Shown: positions 37,905-47,437 of the stretch, piece after piece
Layout: each line of letters starts with the position of its first letter
Position numbering within the stretch: the first letter of the stretch is position 1
Virus record (IMG/VR): IMGVR_UViG_3300017971_004103
Coordinates: 12,764-76,763 of that record
Reading direction: 5' to 3' (one strand)
DNA: 64,000 bases
Origin: a virus
Notes under the pieces: model-generated
Seen by the model: only the letters and a program-made list of their open reading frames with translations
Told to the model about the DNA's origin: nothing
Databases searched by the model: none
Position numbers and translations under genes: made by a program

Positions 37905-38847
37905 GGTTAGTTTTGCTGGGGGGGGTACAGATTTACGGGCATTTTATCAACATGAGCCTGGTGCAGTAGTGGGAACGGCAATTGATAAGTACATATACAT
38001 TACCATCAATAAACGATTTGATGAAACTATTCGGGCGGGTTATTCTAAAACAGAAATTGTGGATGATGTAGCACAGATTCAGCATCCCATCATTAGAGAA
38101 GCCATGAAGATTACCGGGGTTACTAGCGGGATAGAAATAACATCCATTGCAGACCTGCCCGCAGGAACGGGCATGGGAACATCGAGCAGCTTTGCTGTTG
38201 GACTTCTCAATGCGTTATATGCGTATAAAAATGAACACAAAACCGCAGAAGAACTTGCAAGGGATGCCGTTAAGATCGAAGTCAATATTTTAAAAGAGCC
38301 CATAGGAAAGCAGGATCAGTATTTTGCTGCGTATGGTGGGCTGAAGCATTTTGTGTTTAACTCAGATGAAACGGTATATGTGGAACCCATTATTTGTTAT
38401 GAAAAAACCAGGAAGACCCTCGGTGAAAATCTTTTGCTTTTTTATACTGGGATTACCAGAAATGCTAATTCTGTTCTAAAAAAACAAAAGGAGTCTACCG
38501 AGAAAAAAATGATATATCTGGGGCACATGAAAGAGATGGCACAAAACATTTCAAATGCCTTAGTTGAAAATGATTTAAGTTGTCTGGGAACATTTTTAAA
38601 TGATGGATGGCAAAGTAAAAAGCAGCTTGTAGATACTATTAGCAATCCGGTTATTGATTTCTATTATGAGAGAGGGATTGCGGCAGGTGCAAGCGGCGGT
38701 AAGCTACTCGGTGCAGGTAATGGTGGGTTTCTACTCTTTTATTGTACTCCACAGAATCAAGCAAAATTAAGGAATGTACTGGGATTGAGAGAGATTTCAT
38801 TTTCCCTTGAGCCGCAGGGAAGCAAGATTATTTATGTAGGTAATTAA
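37879..38847 (+). CDS. hddA: D-glycero-alpha-D-manno-heptose-7-phosphate kinase (GHMP family)
   Basis: TP.RVSFAGGGTD, PAGTGMGTSS, GKQDQY, GGKLLGAG.GG. Confidence 0.9.
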   Translation: MIISRTPCRVSFAGGGTDLRAFYQHEPGAVVGTAIDKYIYITINKRFDETIRAGYSKTEIVDDVAQIQHPIIREAMKITGVTSGIEITSIADLPAGTGMGTSSSFAVGLLNALYAYKNEHKTAEELARDAVKIEVNILKEPIGKQDQYFAAYGGLKHFVFNSDETVYVEPIICYEKTRKTLGENLLLFYTGITRNANSVLKKQKESTEKKMIYLGHMKEMAQNISNALVENDLSCLGTFLNDGWQSKKQLVDTISNPVIDFYYERGIAAGASGGKLLGAGNGGFLLFYCTPQNQAKLRNVLGLREISFSLEPQGSKIIYVGN

Positions 38848-38850
38848 AAA

Positions 38851-39423
38851 ATGGAAAAAAGCATTACAGCATATTTAGATAATCTCAAAAATTGCATCAA
38901 TGATATTTCAATAGAGAAGATTGAGAAGATCATCAATCTTATCTACCGGGCTTATAAAAACAACAGACAGATATTTATTATTGGAAATGGTGGAAGCGCT
39001 GCCACTGCAAGTCATTTTGCCTGTGATTTGGGTAAGGGAACAGCCTTCAGGGGTAGGCCAAGAATGAGGGTGATTTGTCTTAATGATAATATCCCACTCA
39101 TTACGGCCATATCAAATGATTGGGACTATGATCAAATCTTTAAAGAACAATTAATGAATCTTGTTAATTCGGGAGATATATTAATCAGCATTAGCTGTTC
39201 GGGCAACTCTAAAAACATATTGAATGCTGTTAATTATGTAAAATCAAAGGGGATAACTAATATCGGGTTTACGGGGTTCGGTGATGAGGGTGCATTAAAA
39301 CATATTGTTGATGAATACATATCTATCAATAGCACGAATTATGGCATTGTTGAAGATGCTCACCTTACACTGGTTCATGCAATTTCTCAGGCCATAAGAA
39401 AGAAAATTATTGATGAATGGTAA
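38851..39423 (+). CDS. gmhA: Sedoheptulose-7-phosphate isomerase (SIS domain)
   Basis: GNGGSAATASHF..DL, TAI.ND, IS.SGNS.N, VEDAH. Confidence 0.88.
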   Translation: MEKSITAYLDNLKNCINDISIEKIEKIINLIYRAYKNNRQIFIIGNGGSAATASHFACDLGKGTAFRGRPRMRVICLNDNIPLITAISNDWDYDQIFKEQLMNLVNSGDILISISCSGNSKNILNAVNYVKSKGITNIGFTGFGDEGALKHIVDEYISINSTNYGIVEDAHLTLVHAISQAIRKKIIDEW

Positions 39424-40957
39424 TTTACATTTCTTATTTATATATCCAGACATGGGAACGGACACTGCAAGTTTTTCACCGGCCATACAATTATTATCTG
39501 CAATTTTAAAGGATCGGGGAATAGATGTTAGCCTGGTTCATTTAAATAATCCCCACATGATACCAGATGACAAATCTTTCATATTGGCGGAAATTAAAAA
39601 ACACAATCCAAATGTCATAGGTTTTACAGCGACAAGTTTTCAATTCACAAGGGCAAATAAAATCGCAGGATATATCAAAAAAGAGTATCCCCGTAAAACC
39701 ATAATATTAGGGGGAACTCACGCCACTATTAAACCAGAAGATTTACGGGAATCTAATTTTGATGCTTTTTGTATTGGGGAGGGAGATGAGGCACTACCAG
39801 AATTCTTAGAAAAAATCGCTAGCAAACAGGATCATTCTAGTGTAAATAATTTCCATGTTAAATTAAAAGATGGAACTATTAAAAAAAATCCAATAAGGCC
39901 ATTCATTAAGGATTTAAATTTTTTACCCCATTGGGATATGAACATAATGGATATGCCAAAACTCATTAAAATTAGAAAGGGATGGCTCAGCATATCTTTT
40001 TCCAGGGGGTGTCCATATAGATGTGCATTTTGTATAAACCCACTACTTCTGAAATTGAACGTTCCCGAAGGGGAATGCATAGAAGGATATTGCAGAAAAA
40101 GAAGTGTTGATAACGTTATTAATGAATTAGTAATTATTATTGAAAAATTCAAGGGCAGTATTTCAGTAATCAACTTTGACGATGATTTGTTAATGCTGGA
40201 TAGGGCATGGATACTTGCATTTACCGAAAAATACATGACCAGGATTTTTCATCCCCATAACATTCAATATGTTTTTAATTGTAGGGCTAATACCATTGAC
40301 CATGAAATAGCCCAGGCGCTTTCACGAAGTGGATGTCTGGAGCTGAGAATTGGATTAGAGACGGGCGATGAAACATTACGGAATACGATATTAAACAAAC
40401 GGGTTTCCAACGATGAATTGAGGCGGGCATTTTCAATTGCCGACCAGCATGGAATTCATACCAATGCATTTGTAATGCTTGGTTTGCCGGGTGAATCACA
40501 ACCAACCATCAATGCAACACTTAAATTGATTGCCGACATTAGGCCGTTTCTTATTCGCATGACATTTCTTTATCCATACTACCGAACCCAAATTTATGAT
40601 TATTGTGTTAAGCACAATCTTATTAAACCGGAATACTATACATTATCGAATTCATTTACGGAGTCACCACTCCGATTTCATTTGCTGGACGACAATAATC
40701 TGCTTTCTAATCGATTATTCTTTCCTTGGTATGCTAATCTATTAATATGTGATGATCCATCAATTTATTTAGATAGAATCTGGCATTATGGAGCAATGAA
40801 ATTAAAACAACTACGACAAAAACAAACCTTTAAAAACATATTGAATGATGATAAAGCCTTGAGCCAGACCATGACTAAGAGGGAGATCCCCCACTACAAA
40901 TATTTCAGTGACAATAGAAACTATTTTCATCTCAAGGGTAAATATGGGTTCAACTAG
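39410..40957 (+). CDS. Cobalamin-dependent radical SAM protein (class B methyltransferase-like)
   Basis: GGTHAT, GEGD, SRGCPYRCAFC, DDD, G.ETG, MLGLPGE. Confidence 0.9.
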   Translation: MMNGNLHFLFIYPDMGTDTASFSPAIQLLSAILKDRGIDVSLVHLNNPHMIPDDKSFILAEIKKHNPNVIGFTATSFQFTRANKIAGYIKKEYPRKTIILGGTHATIKPEDLRESNFDAFCIGEGDEALPEFLEKIASKQDHSSVNNFHVKLKDGTIKKNPIRPFIKDLNFLPHWDMNIMDMPKLIKIRKGWLSISFSRGCPYRCAFCINPLLLKLNVPEGECIEGYCRKRSVDNVINELVIIIEKFKGSISVINFDDDLLMLDRAWILAFTEKYMTRIFHPHNIQYVFNCRANTIDHEIAQALSRSGCLELRIGLETGDETLRNTILNKRVSNDELRRAFSIADQHGIHTNAFVMLGLPGESQPTINATLKLIADIRPFLIRMTFLYPYYRTQIYDYCVKHNLIKPEYYTLSNSFTESPLRFHLLDDNNLLSNRLFFPWYANLLICDDPSIYLDRIWHYGAMKLKQLRQKQTFKNILNDDKALSQTMTKREIPHYKYFSDNRNYFHLKGKYGFN

Positions 40958-41936
40958 GGTATATGATGGAACGGTTTTTCTACCGGCAAGAATTTCCAAA
41001 GAACAACATCCATCTGATTGGTCAAGCCTTTTTGCCGAAACACTTGCCAAGACCTTTAGCTGGAAAATAGTTTGTTCTAACAAATTATTGCCAAGTGATA
41101 TAGAGGGAGAAATATTATTTACAATCAAAGCCCCCCAATTGGGTTATCCCAATGTACTGACTACAATCGACAAGATAAGCAAAGATATAAAAATAGTGAA
41201 TTACCTACAGGATATTAGGGGTGACGATCAAAATTATTTGCGGTATATGCATCAAATGCTAGAAAGGTCTGATCTTATTCTCTATTCCTATAAAGAATCT
41301 TTTGAAAATGGTTGGCCTGAATATATCAAAAAAGGAGTTTACTTTCCCGTATTTATTATTCCATCAGAACGATTTTTATCGTTAGAACAAGACATAAATG
41401 CCCAGGAGAAGAAATGCCTTGTTATAGGCTGCACTGACAGAAAATGGTATCCCCTTAGACATAAGGCAACTATGCTATCGCGGGATTTATTCAATGTCAT
41501 TCCCCACCCAGGCTATGATATTTCCTTTAATCAATTGGCCGAAAGAAAGAATAGGAAATTTGTAGATGCCATTGAGTATGCTGAAATGATGAATAAGCAT
41601 ATTTGTTGCGTGACCTCTACGCTCAATAATGAATGTTCTAATCGTACCAATCATTGGGTAGTTCTTAAATTGTTTGAAATCATGGCTGCCGGATCAATTT
41701 TGATAAGTGATTGGTGTGAGGAAATGAATGGGCTGGGATTCATTGATGGAATTAATTTCATAGATGCTGATGCCAATAACTTAGAGGAAAAGGTTGGGGA
41801 TATTGTAGGAAACCCAGCGAAATATGAGAAAATCAGTAAAGAGGGAAGGGCCTTCGTTAAAAACAATCATACAATAGAAAGGCGAATAGAATCTCTCAAA
41901 AAAATATTGAGGAATATTGGATATAGAAACTCATAA
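40908..41936 (+). CDS. CgeB/Glyco_trans_1_2-like glycosyltransferase, paralogue of 35293..36264
   Basis: WYPLR, PHPGY, KLFEIMAAGS, GF.DG..F, NHT...R. Confidence 0.75.
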   Translation: MTIETIFISRVNMGSTRVYDGTVFLPARISKEQHPSDWSSLFAETLAKTFSWKIVCSNKLLPSDIEGEILFTIKAPQLGYPNVLTTIDKISKDIKIVNYLQDIRGDDQNYLRYMHQMLERSDLILYSYKESFENGWPEYIKKGVYFPVFIIPSERFLSLEQDINAQEKKCLVIGCTDRKWYPLRHKATMLSRDLFNVIPHPGYDISFNQLAERKNRKFVDAIEYAEMMNKHICCVTSTLNNECSNRTNHWVVLKLFEIMAAGSILISDWCEEMNGLGFIDGINFIDADANNLEEKVGDIVGNPAKYEKISKEGRAFVKNNHTIERRIESLKKILRNIGYRNS

Positions 41937-43212
41937 TTGCATTCTCGGTGGGGGCCTGGCAGGATTAAGCACAGGTCTTTTCCTGGAAGGCAAGACTACA
42001 ATAATAGAAAGGGAGGCAGCACTCGGCGGTTTATGCAAAAGCATCCAGAAAGATGGTTTTACATTTGATTGTGTGGGTGGCCATATTCTCTTTTCGCGAA
42101 ATAAAGATATTTTAAAATTAATCATAGACATACTTGAGCCCAATTATGAAACGAAATATAGAAATGTTAAGATATATTATAGGGGTAAATACCTTAAATA
42201 CCCCTTTGAAAATGGACTGTCGGGCTTACCATTAAAAGAAAACATAGAATGTCTATACCATTATCTATTTAATGATTCAAAAACCCCCACCAACTTCAAA
42301 GAATGGCTTTATCATATATTCGGCAGGGGAATTGCTGAAAAATATTTGGTTCCCTACAATGAGAAAATATGGAAAACAGATTTGTCGAAAATGGATTTAC
42401 AGTGGGTTAGTAGAATTCCCAAGCCCCCCACCCTAGACATAATTAAATCATCCATTGGCATTTCTACTGAAGGATATAAACATCAATTATATTTTGTTTA
42501 TCCCAAAACCGGGGGCATTCAATCATTAATTGATTCTATGAAAAAGAAACTTCCAGCAAATGTAGATACTATTAAAAACTTCCCGGTCACAAAAATTTAT
42601 CGGCAGAATAATCAATGGGTTGTTTCCGATGGAAAGCGCAAGGTCAAGTGTAATGTTTTGATTTCTACAATTCCCATATTTGATCTTATTGGAGCGCTTG
42701 ATAATGTACCAGGTAAAATCAAAAATGCCTTGAATGGGCTAAGATATAATTCCTTAATTACCGTACTACTTGGTTTGAACTGTAAGAATCAATCTAATTT
42801 CTTAAGTGTATATTTCCCGAATAAGCATGATATTTATCATAGAATTTGTTTCATGGAAAACTTTAGCAAGCATAATGTTCCACCCCGCAAATCGTCACTT
42901 ATGGCAGAAATAACGATAAGACCCGAAGGTGGGAATAAGAGTGACGATAAAATCATTAATGATGTTATTAATGACTTAGATGCTAAAAAAATTATAAACA
43001 AAAAAGATGTTTGTTATGGTAGGGTTATTCGCACGAAATATGCCTATGTAGTATATGATGAGGGTTATCAAAAAAACATTACCATGCTGAGGGATTACAT
43101 TAATAAACTTGGTATATATCTTTGTGGCAGATTTGCCGAGTTCAAATATCTGAATATGGATGGTTGCATTGAGCACGGATTAAAACTTGCAAATAAGTTA
43201 AATCGAATATGA
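41917..43212 (+). CDS. FAD-dependent oxidoreductase (UDP-galactopyranose mutase/HemY-like)
   Basis: ILGGGLAGLS, GGLC.S...DGF.FD..GGH, PYNEKIW, GRFAEFKYLNMD. Confidence 0.8.
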   Translation: MDIETHNCILGGGLAGLSTGLFLEGKTTIIEREAALGGLCKSIQKDGFTFDCVGGHILFSRNKDILKLIIDILEPNYETKYRNVKIYYRGKYLKYPFENGLSGLPLKENIECLYHYLFNDSKTPTNFKEWLYHIFGRGIAEKYLVPYNEKIWKTDLSKMDLQWVSRIPKPPTLDIIKSSIGISTEGYKHQLYFVYPKTGGIQSLIDSMKKKLPANVDTIKNFPVTKIYRQNNQWVVSDGKRKVKCNVLISTIPIFDLIGALDNVPGKIKNALNGLRYNSLITVLLGLNCKNQSNFLSVYFPNKHDIYHRICFMENFSKHNVPPRKSSLMAEITIRPEGGNKSDDKIINDVINDLDAKKIINKKDVCYGRVIRTKYAYVVYDEGYQKNITMLRDYINKLGIYLCGRFAEFKYLNMDGCIEHGLKLANKLNRI

Positions 43213-44066
43213 CAAATATAGTATTAATAGGACATGGCTACTGGGGCAAAAAGCTGGAGAATTACATTCCGGCTTTTTTTAATTTAAGGCATGTCTGTAA
43301 TTTAAAAACAGATATGTCAAAAGTATGGGACGATGTTGAGGCTGTGATAATAGCCACGCCGATTGAAACACATTATAGTATTGCGATGGGTGCGCTCTTA
43401 CGCGGGAAGCATGTCTTTTGCGAAAAACCCATAACCCTGAAAATAGGTGAGGCTTTAAGATTACGACATACTGCGAATGAAAGAAACCTAAAAATAGGGG
43501 TTGAGTATACATTTCAGTTTTCCCAGGGCATCCAGCACATGATCCGCGAACTTCCCAGGATCGGGAAAATACAGCACATCGAAATGGTATCAAGGCACCT
43601 TGGCCGGTTCATGAATCATAATGTCTATTGGTTACTGGCCTCTCACTATATGGCGGTGCTTGATCGGATAGTTGATTTGGATTTGTTGAATTGGGAAGAT
43701 ATTGACTGCGTTAAAAATGAAAAAATTGTTACCACGGGGTTATTGGATTTTTGGAATAATGATCTAACCGGAACGATAAATGTAAGTATCAACTATCCGG
43801 GTAAGGATAATAATATCACCATTTATGGTGAAGTGGGTACTATTAAATTCAATTCGATTTCTGGGAAACTTGAGATTGCCGAATATGATAAAATCCCAAT
43901 GGCGTTACCCCCCGAACTTACTCAATGCCATGATGAATATTATACCGATGAGAAACACAACTTGAGATATGCCATGCAGTATTTCAAAGATTTGATTGAC
44001 GGGAAAGTCGAATCGAATATTGATACGGCAATTAAGATTACTCGGATACTAGGAGAAATTGATTGA
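43209..44066 (+). CDS. Gfo/Idh/MocA oxidoreductase
   Basis: IG.GYWG, IATP..TH, GKHVFCEKP. Confidence 0.88.
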   Translation: MTNIVLIGHGYWGKKLENYIPAFFNLRHVCNLKTDMSKVWDDVEAVIIATPIETHYSIAMGALLRGKHVFCEKPITLKIGEALRLRHTANERNLKIGVEYTFQFSQGIQHMIRELPRIGKIQHIEMVSRHLGRFMNHNVYWLLASHYMAVLDRIVDLDLLNWEDIDCVKNEKIVTTGLLDFWNNDLTGTINVSINYPGKDNNITIYGEVGTIKFNSISGKLEIAEYDKIPMALPPELTQCHDEYYTDEKHNLRYAMQYFKDLIDGKVESNIDTAIKITRILGEID

Positions 44067-44989
44067 AAATAGCGGTAATGAAGGACAGAAAGTCCTGGAT
44101 TGTTGATAAGCTCTCAGACACCATTAAAAAATATGCCCCTGCCGACGTCGGCTTCACGGATTTTGAGGTAGATATCGATATTAAGGGATTATTAAAACTA
44201 GCCAAAACCCATGACATCATCTATTCAGCATTTTGGCAGCCATTCATGAGAAACGATCTGGTTTTAGATGAGCGATTTCCGGGTGATAAAACGATTATTC
44301 AGGTATGGCACTTAATTGATGGACACGACAAAAATCAGCTTAAACTCTGCCATCCCAATGTGAAACATATTGTGTATCCCTGTAGAACTACCCAAGCATC
44401 ATTAAGTTTGTTGGGCGTTAAAGCATCTCTCCACAAGTGCAATATGTCGGTAGATATCGATATCTACAAACAAGTTGTACCACATAAACGCTGTGAAAAA
44501 CTTAAGATCGGGAGTTTTGGTCAAAATCTACCACGAAAATGCTTTGATGTATTATGTAGCACACTTGATCAGATGGAAAATGTGGAGCTCATCACAACTT
44601 TAGGCCCTGAGCATAAAAAAGTAAGAAGATATGGGAGGGTATCAGATGAAGAAATGGTCGAACTATTCTCAGAAATTGATTGCTATGTATCGACTTCAGA
44701 CTGCGAGGGTGGGCCGGTGGGTGTGCTTGAGGCTATGGGATGCGGAGTGCCTGTTGTTATTACTCCTACTGGTTTTGCTGGTGATATTGTCAGGAATGGA
44801 ATAAACGGATTCATTATTCCATTTAATGATATTAGTGCATTAATAAAAAGGCTGGAATGGATACGGGAAAATCCGGGGATGTCGGGGATTATCGGGGAAA
44901 GCGGTCGAATGACTGTTGAGAAATACACACCCCAGGCAATGAGCGAACAGTACATAAATATGTTCGGGAGGATTTTCGATTCACAATAA
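44063..44989 (+). CDS. GT4 glycosyltransferase
   Basis: D.YV.TS..EGGPV.VLEAM.CG.PVV.T..G...D.V..G.NG. Confidence 0.88.
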   Translation: MKIAVMKDRKSWIVDKLSDTIKKYAPADVGFTDFEVDIDIKGLLKLAKTHDIIYSAFWQPFMRNDLVLDERFPGDKTIIQVWHLIDGHDKNQLKLCHPNVKHIVYPCRTTQASLSLLGVKASLHKCNMSVDIDIYKQVVPHKRCEKLKIGSFGQNLPRKCFDVLCSTLDQMENVELITTLGPEHKKVRRYGRVSDEEMVELFSEIDCYVSTSDCEGGPVGVLEAMGCGVPVVITPTGFAGDIVRNGINGFIIPFNDISALIKRLEWIRENPGMSGIIGESGRMTVEKYTPQAMSEQYINMFGRIFDSQ

Positions 44990-45104
44990 CTGAAACACGA
45001 CCAGAAGTTTCACCGTTTCTGATACATTTAATAGAAGATAAATTTAAGGAGGTATTCATGTTTATTAAGGGAGGTGGTCACATGGCATGAGGAGGTGATG
45101 TTGT

Positions 45105-45278
45105 GTGGCTACCAAAAAGAGTACTGGTAAGAAGGGCAATAAAAAACATGGTCGTATGAAGAAAAAGCCCTCGCATATCCGTTATAATGCCGAGAATCGC
45201 AGAGAGAAAAACAAACTGCGAAGAATGGCGAGAATAAAAAGAAAGATGGAGAGAAAAGCGAGAAGGCGAAATGCTTAA
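45105..45278 (+). CDS. 57-aa Arg/Lys-rich microprotein
   Basis: GGAGGTGA RBS plus GTG; MATKKSTGKKGNKKHGRMKKKPSHIRYNAENRREKNKLRRMARIKRKMERKARRRNA. Confidence 0.6.
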   Translation: MATKKSTGKKGNKKHGRMKKKPSHIRYNAENRREKNKLRRMARIKRKMERKARRRNA

Positions 45279-45344
45279 TAAGCAGTAGTGGGTGGGGGAA
45301 TTTCTCCTCACCTTATTTATGCAGATAAGACCCTTAAAATTCTG

Positions 45345-45378
45345 AAAAAACCCCTCGATTCAATCGGGGGGTTTTTCT
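45345..45378. terminator. Bidirectional terminator-like hairpin
   Basis: AAAAAACCCCTCGATT / AATCGGGGGGTTTTT. Confidence 0.65.
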
Positions 45379-45421
45379 GTAGGATCAACGATAACTCCTT
45401 TATTGGATAGATAGGTCAAAT

Positions 45422-46411
45422 ATGAGAAAAAAAGCCCTTATAACGGGAATTACGGGAATGGACGGATCAAACCTCGCCGATTTGCTTTTAGGCAAAAATT
45501 ATGAGGTACACGGAATAATTAGGCGATCATCGACCTCAAATACATGGCGGATTGATCATATCCTGGACAGAATAACATTACATGAGGGTGATGTAATGGA
45601 TGGGGCTTCCCTGGTTAAGATAATGGAAAAATGTATGCCTGATGAAATATACCACCTTGCAGCCATGAGTTATGTCGGGGCATCATGGAAAACCCCGATA
45701 TACACATCTGAGTGTACTGGATTAGGCACACTTAAAGTGCTTGAGGCAATGAGACAGGTGTGTGAGGGGGCTAGGTTTTATCATGCAGGATCGTCCGAGC
45801 AATTTGGGAAAGCACAAGAAACCCCACAAAAAGAAACCACCCCATTTTATCCCCGTAGCCCCTATGGGGTGGCTAAATGTTTTGGCTTTGATATGACCCG
45901 GAACTACAGAGAGTCATACGATATGTTTTGTTGTAGCGGTATACTTTTTAACCACGAAGACCAAAGGCGCGGCATTGAATTCGTTACCCGAAAGATCACC
46001 GATGGGGTAGCACAGATAAAATTGGGGTTGCTGGATAAGCTAAAACTCGGCAATCTTGATGCAAAAAGGGATTGGGGTAGTTCGATTGATTATGTAGTTG
46101 CTATGTGGATGATGCTACAAAACGAAAACCCAATTGATTATGTAGTGGCAACTGGCGAGACACATTCTGTCCGTGAATGGTGTGAGGCTGCTTTTTCTCA
46201 TGTAAATTTGGACTACAAAGAATTTGTTGAGCTTGACCCCAGATTTATAAGGCCAGCCGAAGTCGATATTTTAATCGGCGATGCAAGCAAAATTAAAAGG
46301 GAACTAGGCTGGAAGCCAAAAATAGGATTTAAGGAATTGATTCAGCAAATGGTAGATGCCGACATGAAAAGAGTTTGGGATAAGGGGAAATATGATGTTA
46401 AGACTATATGA
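45422..46411 (+). CDS. gmd: GDP-mannose (or GDP-heptose) 4,6-dehydratase
   Basis: [60 protein letters not shown]. Confidence 0.92.
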   Translation: MRKKALITGITGMDGSNLADLLLGKNYEVHGIIRRSSTSNTWRIDHILDRITLHEGDVMDGASLVKIMEKCMPDEIYHLAAMSYVGASWKTPIYTSECTGLGTLKVLEAMRQVCEGARFYHAGSSEQFGKAQETPQKETTPFYPRSPYGVAKCFGFDMTRNYRESYDMFCCSGILFNHEDQRRGIEFVTRKITDGVAQIKLGLLDKLKLGNLDAKRDWGSSIDYVVAMWMMLQNENPIDYVVATGETHSVREWCEAAFSHVNLDYKEFVELDPRFIRPAEVDILIGDASKIKRELGWKPKIGFKELIQQMVDADMKRVWDKGKYDVKTI

Positions 46412-46607
46412 TTTTTCCTGTGTAACGTGCGGTTATACATTCGAGGATATCGTCAGGGCGGAAAACGGGGTTATCGAAGAAATGCCATTATGCCCTAAGT
46501 GCAAAAAAGAAACGGTAAGGGTGCCAAGCGTATGTAATTTTAGGTTTCAGCGAATCAGATTTGATTCAGTCGCTAATCGCTGGGATTATTCGGGCGTGGA
46601 GCAATAA
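46392..46607 (+). CDS. FmdB-like zinc-ribbon protein
   Basis: YDF.C..CG..FE...CPKC. Confidence 0.75.
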   Translation: MMLRLYDFSCVTCGYTFEDIVRAENGVIEEMPLCPKCKKETVRVPSVCNFRFQRIRFDSVANRWDYSGVEQ

Positions 46608-46632
46608 AAAACCCCGCCTTGTGAGCGGGGCT
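46606..46632 (-). terminator. Terminator of the minus-strand operon
   Basis: CCCCGC / GCGGGG stem with an A-tract on the left (U-tract on the minus strand). Confidence 0.7.
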
Positions 46633-46655
46633 AGCTTGACTTATTTGCTTGTCCT

Positions 46656-47021
46656 TCAGTTTCTTTGACAATTAAAATATTTTTGGCCAGCACGTCCCAT
46701 ATCATCTATATAGATGTGCATAGCCTTGCCGTCGTACTCAGCTATGATTTTGGTGGTGTCGTGGTCATCCATTGCATCTTTCGCAGTTAATTCCCGGCCA
46801 TCAATCTGGTCGCCCTGACTATTGCCTCCAGAGTCGTACCATTGTGAGGCATCTCTATACTCCCAAGTGCCATCAACAATGCCACGTAGATCATCTACGC
46901 CATTAGCATTGTCGGCATATTCTATGCCCGAGATTACGGCTACAATATTATCAAGTGCATCATAACACTCGATTTGCAGTCCTCCACCATTGTTTTCTTT
47001 AACCTGCGCACTTGTTATCAT
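46656..47021 (-). CDS. Acidic hypothetical protein
   Basis: AAGGAG RBS; ENNGGGL motif; Asp/Glu-rich. Confidence 0.7.
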   Translation of the reverse strand: MITSAQVKENNGGGLQIECYDALDNIVAVISGIEYADNANGVDDLRGIVDGTWEYRDASQWYDSGGNSQGDQIDGRELTAKDAMDDHDTTKIIAEYDGKAMHIYIDDMGRAGQKYFNCQRN

Positions 47022-47053
47022 AATTTCTCCTTTCCCTCTAGTGAGGGGTTAGG

Positions 47054-47218
47054 TTATTTATCCTTGTAAAATATTCCAAAGTCTGGGTCGGTTGTGACTG
47101 TAAAAATATCACCATGCTCATCTACTATATCGTCAATAATTGTTGCAAGGTCGGCATCATCGTCAACATCTTCAGTCCACGCATACCCACTATGGGCTGT
47201 AACGGTTATTGTAATCAT
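47054..47218 (-). CDS. 54-aa highly acidic microprotein
   Basis: Own translation: MITITVTAHSGYAWTEDVDDDADLATIIDDIVDEHGDIFTVTTDPDFGIFYKDK; AAGGAG RBS. Confidence 0.6.
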   Translation of the reverse strand: MITITVTAHSGYAWTEDVDDDADLATIIDDIVDEHGDIFTVTTDPDFGIFYKDK

Positions 47219-47245
47219 AATTCATTTCTCCTTTCCCTCTGGGGG

Positions 47246-47437
47246 TTAAAGTTTTTTAAGTTCTTTTTTGGGTCTACCAGTTTTTCTAATTCTAACCATT
47301 TTTAGAAATTTGACATTGATTGCCCAATCCCTACCGAATTTTATTGCGGGCAAGCGGCCAGACAAAATTAATTGTCTGACCCTTGACTGATTTATCTTTA
47401 GGATTTTGGCTGCTTGAGTGGTGTTTATGATTTTCAT
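47246..47437 (-). CDS. Excisionase-type HTH (HTH_17) DNA-binding protein
   Basis: T.QAA..L......VRQLI..GRLPA.K.GR.W.I; GRPKK tail; GAGGA RBS. Confidence 0.85.
   Translation of the reverse strand: MKIINTTQAAKILKINQSRVRQLILSGRLPAIKFGRDWAINVKFLKMVRIRKTGRPKKELKKL

Noticed and set aside
32481-46411. Host O-antigen or capsule locus marking a prophage boundary
   Set aside because: Flanked on both sides by co-oriented phage structural genes, mixed with phage-type ORFs, and lacking wzx, wzy and export genes.
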